From positions 1,984,001 through 2,048,000 of the forward strand of contig CBDFKD010000002.1 of assembly GCA_965248695.1 (NCBI GenBank): a DNA stretch of 64,000 nt. Reading direction: 5' to 3'. This DNA comes from Acidobacteriota bacterium. GTDB lineage: Bacteria; Acidobacteriota; UBA890; WLXD01. How positions within the stretch are numbered: position 1 is the first letter of the stretch; each line of letters begins with the position of its first letter. Positions 10,405-20,586 of the stretch are shown piece after piece. The notes beneath the pieces were generated by a model. That model ran no database searches, was not told the DNA's origin, and saw nothing but the letters and a program-made list of their open reading frames with translations. A program made the position numbers and the translations under genes.

Positions 10405-11621
10405 CATCGGCCTGTTCGGTAGACGCGGTTTCTGCCGCGACGTTGCCGCCACGACGCTCTTGGTATGGGTGCCGGTTGCTGGCATTGCCGCTGGTAGCAA
10501 TGCTGCCCGTGATGGGAGCTTGCCAGCCCGACGTGGAGATACCGACGGAGGAACCCAGCGAGCAGGTAACCGCTCGACCCGGCGATCCGGAGCTCGACGA
10601 GATCACGGCATTGGCCCTTGCGGCGCTGCCGCTGGCCTGCCTCGACCGACCGCATAGGGCGCCGAGCAGCGACGGCTATCTGTACGAGCGCCCGGCGACG
10701 CTGCGGGCCGACTTCGAGAACAACCGCGCCTTCTACGGCTGTTTCGACTGGCACTCGGCGGTGAACTCGATCTGGGCGCTGGTGGAGCTCCTCGATCGCT
10801 TCCCCGAATCGCCGATCACGCCGCTCATCGTAGAGAAGCTCGACGAGCACCTAGGGGCGCAACCGCTGGCCGGCGAGCTGTCGTTTTTCACCGACAATCG
10901 ATCGTTCGAACGCCCATACGGTTGGGCATGGCTGCTGGCGCTACACGCCGCGCTGAGCAAATCGACGCACCCCGATGCCGACACCTGGGCGGCGAACACA
11001 GCACCGCTGGCGCAGTTGTTCGTCGGCCGCCTTCCACAGTAACTCGAGAGCCTCGACTACCCCGTGCGGGTCGGAGCTCACGCCAACACTGCCTTCGCGA
11101 TGGATCTGATCCTCGACTACGCCGAGGCCACCGCAGATGGCGAGCTTCGACAGCTGGTGAGCTCCCGCGCCGAGGCTCTGTATGCCGACGATGTCGATTG
11201 CCCGCTGGCCTACGAGCCATCCGCCTCTGACTTCCTGTCGCCGTGCCTGCAGGAGGCGATGCTGATGGCGCGGGTGCTCGACGGCCCGACCTTCGTCAGC
11301 TGGCACGATGCGTTCCTGCCCGCCACGGACAGCCCCGGTTTCGCCGCGCTTGCCGAACGGGTGCAGCTTGGCGCCAGCGTCTCGGATGACGGCGGGCTGA
11401 TGGGCGCCAAGTCACACCTGATCGGGTTGGCGTTCACGCGCGCCGAGGGCCTCAGTCGCCTGGCGGCAACGCTGGGCAGCGATCATCCCAGCTTCGAGAG
11501 CTACCGCGCGACTGCCGGGCAACAGGCCGCCTACGGCATGGCAGCAATGTTCGACGCCGCCTACTACGGATCACACTGGATCGGGACCTTCGCGATCAAG
11601 TATCTGATCACGCTGCAATAG
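10401..11621 (+). pseudogene. DUF2891 family protein interrupted by in-frame TAA (11040-11042)
   Basis: FYGCFDWHSAV and FERPYGWAW before the stop; LDYPVRVGAHANTAF and YYGSHW after it in the same frame. Confidence 0.85.
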
Positions 11622-11634
11622 GATCTGCGGCGAC

Positions 11635-13527
11635 CTACTGGCGTTCGTGACGCGAGAGAATCCACTCGCGCGCCCCGACGAGCGATTCGAGAGCAGCTTG
11701 CCGAACCGACTCGCCGTCGGCTATGTCGTCGATCGCCAGCGGTTCATTGTGAGTGCGTTGCGAAGCATGCTCGCGCACCACGAGCCGAGCCGTGAGCGCA
11801 CCGTTGTCTTCGAGCTTGCGCACCCAGACTCCGATGCTGAAATCAGCCACGGCGACCACCGACGTCAACGCGATCGGCGGGCTCGCGTCGAGCGTCGTGG
11901 CGATCTCGTGCAGCAAGTCCCGCAGCGCCATCTGCGCCTCGAGCCGGGGAACGCGCGGTTTCGTCAGGTGGACCACCGGCCCGGCCAGGCGCTCGTCCAG
12001 CTGCAGCGGCGCGGGCGAGTGTTGTCGTAGGCTGGCGAACAGATCGCTCATGTCGACGCCGCCGAGCTGCGCGCGGATGGCGTGTTCCCACGCCGCCGCA
12101 TGATCACCGAGCTCGAAACAAACTTCCGCCAGCCGGAGGTGAGTCGCAGTGGCACCGGGATGGATTCGCAAGGAGCGCTCGTAGGCGTTGCGCGCGTCGT
12201 CCCAGCGCGCCAACTTCTCCATCGCCAGACCACGCCCGAAGAACGGCGCACCGATGTCCGGACTGCCGGCGGCGGCCAGATCGAACTGCCCGAGGGCCTC
12301 GTCGAACTGACCCAGGGCCATTGCCACACTTGCCTGGCGCAGCGCCCCCACGACGCTCGCGTAGTTATCGGCGCTGCGATAGAGGCCCGGCTGCACGATG
12401 ACCTCGCCAGGTTTGCCGACAAGCTCGACCTCGAGCTCGTGCCAGCCCTCCTGAACCGGCTTGGGCGACGTGTAGGCAAGCACGTAGTAACTGCGCAGCA
12501 GCGTCATGGTGGCGTCGTACCCCTCGCCGAGGTCCTGCTGCAGAACCAGTTGCCCGCCGGAGACGCGGACAAGCTCCCCCAACTGCTCGCGCAGCGTGCG
12601 TAGGTTTTCCAGTTCCTCGCGTGCCAGCACGCGTCGACTCGGCGCACCAATGGTGGTCGACCTACCGCTCGCCCAGGCAGACGATCGGCGCTGTACCGCA
12701 GTCTCTGCGGCCATGCCGACGGCGACCGCGAACACCGGCACCTCCGAACGCCAGCTCGCCAGCAGCACATCCGAGTACGCTGCACGACTGCCGAGATCCT
12801 CACCGTCGGTCAGCACCACCAGCGCCGCGCGACGCTCGCGTGCCTCGGCGATCGACAGCGGCTCGCCGCAGGCGGCATCCGTCACCGGCTCCATCCAGGT
12901 GTTGTAAAGAGTGTCGCGCAGCTCCTCGGCGGCGGCGGAAGCGGAATCTGGCCGGCGCCGGTCGAGTGCATCGTGGGCAACGAGCACCGCGTCGTACAGG
13001 CGCGTATAGGCGTCGAAGGAATACTCGTCGATTACCCGTCGCAGCTCGGGATCTCCCGGCACGCCCCAGATACCGGGACCGACCTGTTGGTGGAACGGCA
13101 GCACGAAAACACAATCGTCTGCCGACAGCCGGTCGAGAAAAGCGTGTGCCGATCGCCGGGCGGCGGCCTCCGACCAGTCACGGCGCACGCTGTTGCTGAA
13201 ATCGAGCACCATCGCCACGTCGAGTGAGAACCGCAGCGGATCGAGCACCAGCTGAACTTCTTGTTCCAAGCCGTCCTCGAGGACGCGGAAATCGGCCGGG
13301 CCAAGGCCGGCCACCGGCTCGCCGTCCGCGTCGATGACGGCGGCTTTGACACGGGTCATTCCGACGTCGACGCGAAAACTGGGACGCTGTTGTGCGTCCG
13401 CTTGGCGCGGCGCACCCAGTCCGGGCGCTGCGCCGGGGGCGACGGCAGCGAGCGAGAACAGCGCGACCAAACAGACGAGCGCTCGGCGCGAACTCCTCGC
13501 CGCCTTGAATGCAACTCGGTGTTCCAT
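11635..13527 (-). CDS. Exported VWA-domain + TPR protein (Acidobacterial VWFA-like)
   Basis: PSFRVDV, DFRVLEDG, MIDAS DFSNS and LTDGED, YYVLAY, TPR helices. Confidence 0.85.
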   Translation of the reverse strand: MEHRVAFKAARSSRRALVCLVALFSLAAVAPGAAPGLGAPRQADAQQRPSFRVDVGMTRVKAAVIDADGEPVAGLGPADFRVLEDGLEQEVQLVLDPLRFSLDVAMVLDFSNSVRRDWSEAAARRSAHAFLDRLSADDCVFVLPFHQQVGPGIWGVPGDPELRRVIDEYSFDAYTRLYDAVLVAHDALDRRRPDSASAAAEELRDTLYNTWMEPVTDAACGEPLSIAEARERRAALVVLTDGEDLGSRAAYSDVLLASWRSEVPVFAVAVGMAAETAVQRRSSAWASGRSTTIGAPSRRVLAREELENLRTLREQLGELVRVSGGQLVLQQDLGEGYDATMTLLRSYYVLAYTSPKPVQEGWHELEVELVGKPGEVIVQPGLYRSADNYASVVGALRQASVAMALGQFDEALGQFDLAAAGSPDIGAPFFGRGLAMEKLARWDDARNAYERSLRIHPGATATHLRLAEVCFELGDHAAAWEHAIRAQLGGVDMSDLFASLRQHSPAPLQLDERLAGPVVHLTKPRVPRLEAQMALRDLLHEIATTLDASPPIALTSVVAVADFSIGVWVRKLEDNGALTARLVVREHASQRTHNEPLAIDDIADGESVRQAALESLVGAREWILSRHERQ

Positions 13528-13631
13528 TCACAGACGGTAGAAATCCTTCCCGCCACTCGTCAAGCAGGGGACCCTGTGTCGGCGCTAGATCGCGTACTAG
13601 AATCGGCGCGCCGTCTGACTCGGGGAGCATC

Positions 13632-14144
13632 ATGCCGGTTTCGCTGGAAAACTCGCGCGTCGTCTATCAAGCGCTCAGATCATGTGACGTCGAGATCATG
13701 TCGGCGCTGCCGGAAACCTGGCTGGTCCATCTGATCCAACTTGCCGAAGAGGACCCCGACGCAACGCTCGTGCGCCTCGCCAAGGAGGAGGAGGGCGTCG
13801 GCGTGTCGATGGGCGCCCATCTTGCCGGCGTGCGTTCGGCGATGCTCATGCAGAATCACGGTTTTCTGGCGTCGATCAACGGCATCGTCTCAGGGGCACA
13901 GCTGTACCGCATCCCGCTGCTGATGCTCATCAGCGACCGTGGGTCGTTCGGTGAGCGCGACCCCTGGCAGACCGAGGGTGGGGGGCAGACCCAGCACGTA
14001 CTGGACGCGCTACGCATTCGCCATCTGCGGCTCGACGCGGCGGAGCACGTGCACCATCGCGTACAACAGGCGATGACGTTGGCCTACGCATCACTACGGC
14101 CGGTGGCCGTGCTGCTCGGACGCGACCTGATGTGGGAAGAATGA
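13632..14144 (+). CDS. comD: Sulfopyruvate/phosphonopyruvate decarboxylase alpha-subunit-like (TPP N-domain)
   Basis: KEEEGVGV, MLMQNHGF, IPLLMLISDRG. Confidence 0.75.
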   Translation: MPVSLENSRVVYQALRSCDVEIMSALPETWLVHLIQLAEEDPDATLVRLAKEEEGVGVSMGAHLAGVRSAMLMQNHGFLASINGIVSGAQLYRIPLLMLISDRGSFGERDPWQTEGGGQTQHVLDALRIRHLRLDAAEHVHHRVQQAMTLAYASLRPVAVLLGRDLMWEE

Positions 14145-14725
14145 ACGCCGCCAACCGTATGCTGCGAATCGACGCCCTTGGCGCTCTTTACGATCGCCTC
14201 GGCGGCTGCGTGGTGGTAACGATCATGGGCGCAGTGGCGGCCGAGCTCCAGTCGCTCGGGCACCGCCCCAACCACTTCTATCTGCAGCACGCCATGGGAC
14301 TGGCCTCATCGATGGGCCTCGGCCTGGCGCTGGCGCGGCCAGAGCGACAGGTGGTGGTGGTCGACGGCGACGGGTCGGCACTGATGAACCTCGGCGGGCT
14401 GACGACCCTGGGCCGCTATCGGCCCGGCAACCTGGTGCATCTGATCTTCGACAACGAGAGCCTGCTATCGGTGGGCGGCTTTCCCACTGCCACCGCCACC
14501 GAGTCCGACCTGGCGGCGATCGCCGCCGGCGCGGGCGTCCGTCGTACCAGCACCGTCAGCGATATCGATTCGTTGATTGCCGCGTTCGACGCCGCCTGCG
14601 AGGCGCGAGAGCTGGCGACGATCGTCGCCAAGGTCGCCGACCAGGGGCCGAAGGCGTTCGTTACCGATCTGGGGCTACTGGAAAACCGATTCCAGTTCGC
14701 CCGCTACCTGCAGGAGAGCTCATGA
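14141..14725 (+). CDS. comE: Sulfopyruvate decarboxylase beta-subunit-like (TPP-binding)
   Basis: AMGLASSMGLG, DGDGSALMNLG...DN; ATGA overlap with the upstream gene. Confidence 0.75.
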   Translation: MNAANRMLRIDALGALYDRLGGCVVVTIMGAVAAELQSLGHRPNHFYLQHAMGLASSMGLGLALARPERQVVVVDGDGSALMNLGGLTTLGRYRPGNLVHLIFDNESLLSVGGFPTATATESDLAAIAAGAGVRRTSTVSDIDSLIAAFDAACEARELATIVAKVADQGPKAFVTDLGLLENRFQFARYLQESS

Positions 14726-15504
14726 GCGGCCTTCTGACCCAGCTCGTCGATGCGCTTCGGAGCGGCGACGTGCGTGTCGTAGACCTCACGCAACCCCTCG
14801 AGCCGGACACGCCGGTGATCGCCCTACCACCACCGTTCGCACCCTCACCTGGGGTCACCGTGGAGCAGATCTCGCGCTTCGACGACGACGGGCCTGCCTG
14901 GTACTGGAACGCGGTCAGCTTCGGCGAGCACACCGGAACGCACTTCGATGCGCCTGGGCACTGGATCAGTGGCAAGGATCTGCCCGACAACACCACCGAC
15001 ACGATCCCGCCGTCGCGGTTCGTCGGTCCGGCCAGCGTGATCGATGTGACCGCCGCCGTGGAGGACGACCCCGACTACTTGCTCACGCCCGAAGAGCTCC
15101 AGGCCTGGGAAGGTGTACATGGACCGGTGGCCCCGGGCGGCTGGGTGCTGCTGCACACTGGGTGGAGCACGCGCCGCGGTGTCGAGGCGTTCCTCAACGT
15201 CCACGACGACGGTCCGCATAGCCCCGGGTTCCACAGCGACACCATTCGCACCCTGGCCGAGCGCGACATTCTCGGCGTCGGTGTGGAGACCGTCGGTACG
15301 GATGCCGGACAGGCGGGCGGGTTCGATCCTCCGTTCCCGGCCCACACGCTCATGCACGGCGCCGGCAAGCTGGGGCTCGCCAGCCTGTGCAACCTCGACC
15401 AGCTGCCGGCCACCGGAGCGGTGGTCGTCGCAGCGCCGCTGAAGCTGGTTCAGGGCAGCGGCAGCCCACTCCGTGTCCTCGCCCTGGTTGACCAGAAGGG
15501 ATGA
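14722..15504 (+). CDS. Cyclase family metal hydrolase (kynurenine formamidase/isatin hydrolase-like)
   Basis: EHTGTHFDAP, GSGSPLR. Confidence 0.9.
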   Translation: MSGLLTQLVDALRSGDVRVVDLTQPLEPDTPVIALPPPFAPSPGVTVEQISRFDDDGPAWYWNAVSFGEHTGTHFDAPGHWISGKDLPDNTTDTIPPSRFVGPASVIDVTAAVEDDPDYLLTPEELQAWEGVHGPVAPGGWVLLHTGWSTRRGVEAFLNVHDDGPHSPGFHSDTIRTLAERDILGVGVETVGTDAGQAGGFDPPFPAHTLMHGAGKLGLASLCNLDQLPATGAVVVAAPLKLVQGSGSPLRVLALVDQKG

Positions 15505-17306
15505 ATGCCATGCATCGCAGCATCGCTTGTCTTGTCCTGAGCCTCGCAGCCTCCGCATGCTCTGCGGCGGGCGATCCACCGGCGACAATCGAAGCCGCCG
15601 ACGCGTTCGTGGCGGAGGCGGAAGAGCAGCTGACGACCCTCGGTCGTGCGCAGGCCAACGCCGACTGGGTGCAGGCGACGTATATCAACTACGACAGCAA
15701 CAAGATCGCCGCCGCCGCGCAGGAGCGCATCACGACAGCAGCGGTCGATCTCGCGATCGCATCCACTCGCTTCGATGGGCTCGATCTGGGGTTCGACACC
15801 AACCGCAAGCTGGGCATGTTGAAGCGTGCGCTCTCGGTGCCGGCGCCGGCGAATGCGGCGTTGATCGCCGAGCTTGCACGGGTCTCCAACGAGCTCACCG
15901 GAGCCTATGGCTCGCACCAGTATTGCCGCGAAGACGGTGAGTGCCTGCAAGAGCCCCACATGGTCGGAATCATGGCCAACAGCCGTGACCCCGAGGAGTT
16001 GCTGGAGGTCTGGGAGGGCTGGCGCACGATGGGCCCGCCGATGCGCGAAGGCTACGTGCGGGTCATGGAGATCGCCAATCAAGGCGCTCAGGAGCTCGGC
16101 TTCGCCGACCTCGGAGCAATGTGGCGCTCCAACTACGAGATGGAGCCCGACGCTTTTGCGGCTGAAGCAGAACGCCTGGTGCGCCAGGTGCAACCACTGT
16201 ACGAGGCTCTCCACTGCCACGTCCGCGCTGGACTGCACGACTACTATGGCTCCCGCATCGTGCCTCCGGAAGGCCCCATCCCGGCCCACTTGCTAGGCAA
16301 CATGTGGGCGCAGAGTTGGACCAACGTCTATGACCTCGTTGCGCCGGAATCCTCGGAGACCGGGTACGACCTCACCGAGCGCATACAGCGCTCGCGGATG
16401 ACCGAGCTCGACATGGTGCGCACCGGCGAAGCCTTCTTCACCTCGCTGGGCTTCGAGCAGTTGCCGGAGACGTTCTGGGAACGTTCACTGTTCACCAAGC
16501 CGCGTGACCGCGAGGTCGTCTGCCACGCCAGTGCCTGGGACATGGGCGACGGCGAAGACTACCGCATCAAGATGTGCATCGACAAGACCGCGGACGCCTT
16601 CGACACCATCCACCATGAGCTCGGCCACAACTTCTATCAACGCGCCTACCGCGAGCAACCGCCGATGTATCAGGGCGGTGCCAACCCCGGGTTCCACGAG
16701 GCCATCGGCGACGCCATCGCGCTATCGATCACCCCGGAGTATCTGCACGAGATCGGCCTGGTCGACGATGTCCCCGACGCCTCTGGCGACATCGGATTGC
16801 TGCTCAACATGGCACTCGATCGCGTCGCTGCAATGCCGTGGACGTACCTGCTCGATCAGTGGCGCTGGCAAATCTCCAGCGGCGAGATCTCCGACGACGA
16901 GCTCAACAGCACCTGGTGGGAACTGCGTGAGCGCTACCAGGGAGTGGCCCCACCGATCGAGCGCACGGAGGCGAGCTTTGACCCGGGGGCGAAGTACCAC
17001 ATCCCGGCGATGGTGTCGTACACACGCTATTTCATCGCTCGGATCCTGCAGTTCCAGTTCCACCGCGCGATGTGCGACGCGGCTGGTTTCGAGGGTCCGT
17101 TGCATCGCTGCACGATCTACGGCAGCGAGGAGGCCGGCGCGAAGCTCAATGCAATGCTCGAGATGGGTGCTAGCCGTCCATGGAATGAGGCGCTCACCGC
17201 CCTCACCGGCGAAACGGAGATGGACGCAACGGCGATCCTTGACTACTTTGCCCCGCTGCAGACTTGGCTGGACGAGCAGAATGCCGGCCGACAATGCGGC
17301 TGGTAG
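15501..17306 (+). CDS. M2 peptidyl-dipeptidase A (ACE-like) lipoprotein
   Basis: HHELGH, GANPGFHEAIGD, HLLGNMWAQSW, CHASAWD; lipobox ASAC. Confidence 0.95.
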   Translation: MNAMHRSIACLVLSLAASACSAAGDPPATIEAADAFVAEAEEQLTTLGRAQANADWVQATYINYDSNKIAAAAQERITTAAVDLAIASTRFDGLDLGFDTNRKLGMLKRALSVPAPANAALIAELARVSNELTGAYGSHQYCREDGECLQEPHMVGIMANSRDPEELLEVWEGWRTMGPPMREGYVRVMEIANQGAQELGFADLGAMWRSNYEMEPDAFAAEAERLVRQVQPLYEALHCHVRAGLHDYYGSRIVPPEGPIPAHLLGNMWAQSWTNVYDLVAPESSETGYDLTERIQRSRMTELDMVRTGEAFFTSLGFEQLPETFWERSLFTKPRDREVVCHASAWDMGDGEDYRIKMCIDKTADAFDTIHHELGHNFYQRAYREQPPMYQGGANPGFHEAIGDAIALSITPEYLHEIGLVDDVPDASGDIGLLLNMALDRVAAMPWTYLLDQWRWQISSGEISDDELNSTWWELRERYQGVAPPIERTEASFDPGAKYHIPAMVSYTRYFIARILQFQFHRAMCDAAGFEGPLHRCTIYGSEEAGAKLNAMLEMGASRPWNEALTALTGETEMDATAILDYFAPLQTWLDEQNAGRQCGW

Positions 17307-17346
17307 AGATCAGCCTGGAGGCGCTCGCACCTTGAGACGTCGTCTT

Positions 17347-17973
17347 ATGGCGGCGGGCTGCGTGCTGCTGCTAGCGGCCTCACCAACAAACCGCGTCACT
17401 GCGTCGACACAAGGCTACGGTCCGCTCGACAACCGGATGCCAATCGGCTTCTACATCCCGGCCGGCGAGACCGAGACGGGGTTTCAGGCGGGAGACGACG
17501 AGCTCGCGGTGTGGGCACTGCGAGCCTGGGAGCGTGCCACCGATGGTCAGCTCGAGCTGCGACCTGCACCCTGGGAGGACGCGTTGCTCCATCTGTACTG
17601 GGTGCCAGCTTCCGGAGGCCTGTTCGGCGAGATGAAGCCGTTCAACTATCGCGGCATGCCCGGAGCGGCGATCTTCGTTCGACCGACCACCCGCGGGCTC
17701 GGACCGGAACTCGAGCGCCGCGCGCGACGCGATCCGCTCTATCGCGACGCCATCGTTTACCTGACATGCCTGCACGAATTCGGTCATGCACTGGGGCTGC
17801 CGTACAGCGCCGAATTCGACGACATCATGTACTCGTTTCGGCTTGGCGGCGATATCCCGCTGTACATCCAGCGCTATCGGGCCCGTCTCGACGAGCGCGC
17901 CGACATCGAAACGACCGATGGCCTGTCGGATGCCGACAGGACGGCGCTGACGGCCCTCTATCCGGCGCGCTAG
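17347..17973 (+). CDS. Exported matrixin/metzincin-like protein
   Basis: 3' part of ORF 16504-17973; signal peptide; HEFGHALGLPYS and Met-turn DIMY. Confidence 0.75.
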   Translation: MAAGCVLLLAASPTNRVTASTQGYGPLDNRMPIGFYIPAGETETGFQAGDDELAVWALRAWERATDGQLELRPAPWEDALLHLYWVPASGGLFGEMKPFNYRGMPGAAIFVRPTTRGLGPELERRARRDPLYRDAIVYLTCLHEFGHALGLPYSAEFDDIMYSFRLGGDIPLYIQRYRARLDERADIETTDGLSDADRTALTALYPAR

Positions 17974-18068
17974 GAAGCTCGCCGCGGGGTCGGCGATAGC
18001 ACTCGCGAGGGGCAGCATGACAGCCGCGGCCCGTCGACGTAAGGTAAGCGGCCTACCGGGGGCAATGG

Positions 18069-18599
18069 ATGCGAGACGATATCAAGCGGCCTGGGTGGGA
18101 CGACTACTACATGGGGATCGCCAACGCCGTGGCGGCGCGCTCGAACTGCGTGCGCCGGAGCGTCGGGGCGCTCATCGTGGTCGGCAAGTCGATCATCAGC
18201 ACCGGATACAACGGCTCGCCGATGGGGGTCCGGAACTGTTCCGACGGTGGCTGCCCGCGCTGCGCCTCCGACGCGGCGCCAGGCATCGGCTATGACACCT
18301 GCATCTGCGTGCACGCCGAGCAGAACGCGTTCCTGTTCGCCGCCCGCCACGGCAACGCGACGGAGGGCGGCACGCTTTATTCGACGCTGCGACCGTGTTT
18401 CGGCTGCGCCAAGGAGGCGATCCAGGCAGGGATACGCGAGATCGTGTTTGCGGGAACGGAAGAGTACGAGGCCGAGTTGGAGGAGGGCTACCGGCAGCTG
18501 ATCGCCGAGTCCGGCCTGTTCTTCCGTCACTGCCCTTCGGAAGGCGGACTCGCCGTCGTCGTCGGCGGACGATCCCGATCAGGCAGGGAGAGCGATTGA
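18069..18599 (+). CDS. dCMP deaminase family (ComEB-like)
   Basis: RPGWDDYYM, TGYNG, HAEQNA, PCFGC. Confidence 0.93.
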   Translation: MRDDIKRPGWDDYYMGIANAVAARSNCVRRSVGALIVVGKSIISTGYNGSPMGVRNCSDGGCPRCASDAAPGIGYDTCICVHAEQNAFLFAARHGNATEGGTLYSTLRPCFGCAKEAIQAGIREIVFAGTEEYEAELEEGYRQLIAESGLFFRHCPSEGGLAVVVGGRSRSGRESD

Positions 18600-18926
18600 C
18601 CGGCGTTCCGAGCTCTCTCGACGCCGGTAGAGGATCACCACGCGTCCGATAGAGCCCACCTGCTCGGCGCCGGTTGCGTCCACCAGCGTCGCGGCAACGG
18701 CAGGTCGCTCAGAGCGCTCGGCGCTCAACCGTACTTTGATGAGCTCGTGGTCCGCCAGTGCCGCGTCGAGCTGGGCGCCAACCGCGGCAGTGACGCCGAG
18801 CTTGCCGACGTGAACGACCGCGGCTAGCCCATGCGCCAGGCCCCGCAAGTGCCGTCGCTGCTTGCTCGTCAGTGGCGTCCGGGCTGATCGGTTGGCGGTA
18901 TTCAAGTGCGCGCTCCAGGAATCCAT
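18579..18926 (-). CDS. yhbY: YhbY/CRM RNA-binding protein
   Basis: LTSKQRRHLRGLAH, HELIKV, IGRVVILYR. Confidence 0.9.
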   Translation of the reverse strand: MDSWSAHLNTANRSARTPLTSKQRRHLRGLAHGLAAVVHVGKLGVTAAVGAQLDAALADHELIKVRLSAERSERPAVAATLVDATGAEQVGSIGRVVILYRRRESSERRSIALPA

Positions 18927-19085
18927 CGCTGCGACGCTGGTGGTTATACCGCGCCGCCGGTTGGCGGGCAGGTCGAGAGCCTATCTTGCCTGGGACGTGA
19001 AACAGGTTGGCAGTCTGCGGCACAGTTATAGATACAGCTCGCGGGTCCCCTCGCGGCCGCCTCAGCGGCGGCAGGAGTTGCTGTG

Positions 19086-20339
19086 ATGGCAACGAAGAAA
19101 GCAGCTACGGCCCACACCGACGCGACCCGAAGCCTGCAGCCGGCCACGCGACGCAGCCTCAAGAGGCCCGCGGAACCACAGACCAGGCGCGCCCGCAAGA
19201 AGCCCGCGACGCCCCCTACCTTCCGCCGCATCGCCGGCAAGCGGACCCCTATGCGTCCTGACTGCCGGCTGGAGGGCAGCGAGCCGCTGGCGCGGCACTT
19301 GCGCCAGCGCGTTATCGGACAGGACGACGCCGTCGAGGCGCTGATCGGCTCGTGGGCCCGGGTGCTGTCAGGACTGCGAGATCCCGACCGGCCGTTGCTC
19401 ACCGCTATGCTCCTCGGGCCGACCGGCGTGGGCAAGACGGAGACCGCGCTGGCGCTGGCCGAGGGCTTGTTCGGATCCACCACCGCGCTGCACCGCATCA
19501 ACTGCGAGGAATACGCCCACGGACACGAGGTCGCCAAGCTGCTCGGCGCGCCGCCTGGTTATGTAGGCGGTGACATCGAGCCATTGCTGAGCCAGCAGCG
19601 CATCGACTTACCGCACTGGAAGTTGCGCCAGGCGAACGAACAGGGCGACGGCGAGCCTGGAGCGCTCATCGAGCAGGCGCATGACGCGAGCGACGGACTG
19701 TGCTCGATCATCCTGTTCGACGAGATCGAGAAGGCTCATCCGACACTGTGGAATGCGTTGCTCGGGGTGCTCGAAGAAGGCCAGGTCACTCTCGGCAACA
19801 ACAAGACGACCAACCTGCGACGGACGATCATCCTCATGACCTCGAACGTCGGCAGTCGCGAGATGAGTCAGGCCATCGAGCGCGTTCCGCTCGGCTTCCA
19901 CGCTCCCGCGGCACCGAACGACGACGCCAACGAGCTGCAGGCGATCGCCTCCAACGCGGCTCGCAGCGCGTTCCCGGTGGAGTTCCTCAACCGCTTCGAT
20001 GAGGTCCTGGTGTATCGGCCACTACGAGGCGATCACCTGGGACATATCTTCGACAAGTTGCTCGCCGACATAAACCAGCGAGCTCTCGAGCGGGCCGGCG
20101 TGCCCCTGTTGATCAAGCCGAGCCGCGAAGCCAGAGCGTTCGTCATCGATGCCGGTACGGATCCGGGACTCGGGGCCCGCCCGCTGAGGCGCGCCATGGA
20201 ACGGCTGATCGTCGACCCGGTGTCTCGTCTGATGGCCTCGGCGCAGATCACCGCGGGTGACGTGGTGGAAATCGAGATCGACGCTGGTGGCCTCACCTTC
20301 TTTCGACTGCCGCGGTCGGCAGAATCGATCGTCGCCTGA
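19086..20339 (+). CDS. Stand-alone Clp-type AAA+ ATPase (ClpA/B/C D2 module only)
   Basis: GPTGVGKT, GAPPGYVG pore loop, FDEIEKAH, TSNVG, EFLNRFD, GARPLRR; no D1 or N-domain. Confidence 0.9.
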   Translation: MATKKAATAHTDATRSLQPATRRSLKRPAEPQTRRARKKPATPPTFRRIAGKRTPMRPDCRLEGSEPLARHLRQRVIGQDDAVEALIGSWARVLSGLRDPDRPLLTAMLLGPTGVGKTETALALAEGLFGSTTALHRINCEEYAHGHEVAKLLGAPPGYVGGDIEPLLSQQRIDLPHWKLRQANEQGDGEPGALIEQAHDASDGLCSIILFDEIEKAHPTLWNALLGVLEEGQVTLGNNKTTNLRRTIILMTSNVGSREMSQAIERVPLGFHAPAAPNDDANELQAIASNAARSAFPVEFLNRFDEVLVYRPLRGDHLGHIFDKLLADINQRALERAGVPLLIKPSREARAFVIDAGTDPGLGARPLRRAMERLIVDPVSRLMASAQITAGDVVEIEIDAGGLTFFRLPRSAESIVA

Positions 20340-20586
20340 TCTCCACCCCGTCGCCACCGGCGTCAGCCGGCGCGCACGGGCAGGAGAAACGGTCGATCAA
20401 CATCGGCGGCCCCTCCTCGGGTGCGGTGGCAATGATCGCCCGCGCTTCCTCGCAGCGGCTGCCGCAGACGCGGCAGGACACCTCGTGGCGCTGACGTGGG
20501 CCGGTCACGAAAGTGTCGTAGTCGATCTCGGCGTCCGGACCGAAGAGGTGTTCTCGCCAGGTCGAGAGCCAGTTGGAAACGTACAT
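20293..20586 (-). CDS. Small Cys-rich hypothetical protein (~97 aa; in-frame starts also at 20643 and 20775)
   Basis: AAGGA RBS before ATG 20586; CRVC and CPC motifs. Confidence 0.55.
   Translation of the reverse strand: MYVSNWLSTWREHLFGPDAEIDYDTFVTGPRQRHEVSCRVCGSRCEEARAIIATAPEEGPPMLIDRFSCPCAPADAGGDGVEIRRRSILPTAAVERR

Noticed and set aside
18069-20339. Anti-phage system (deaminase plus ATPase)
   Set aside because: The deaminase is a short housekeeping type without a kinase domain, yhbY lies between the genes, and there is no defence-island context.
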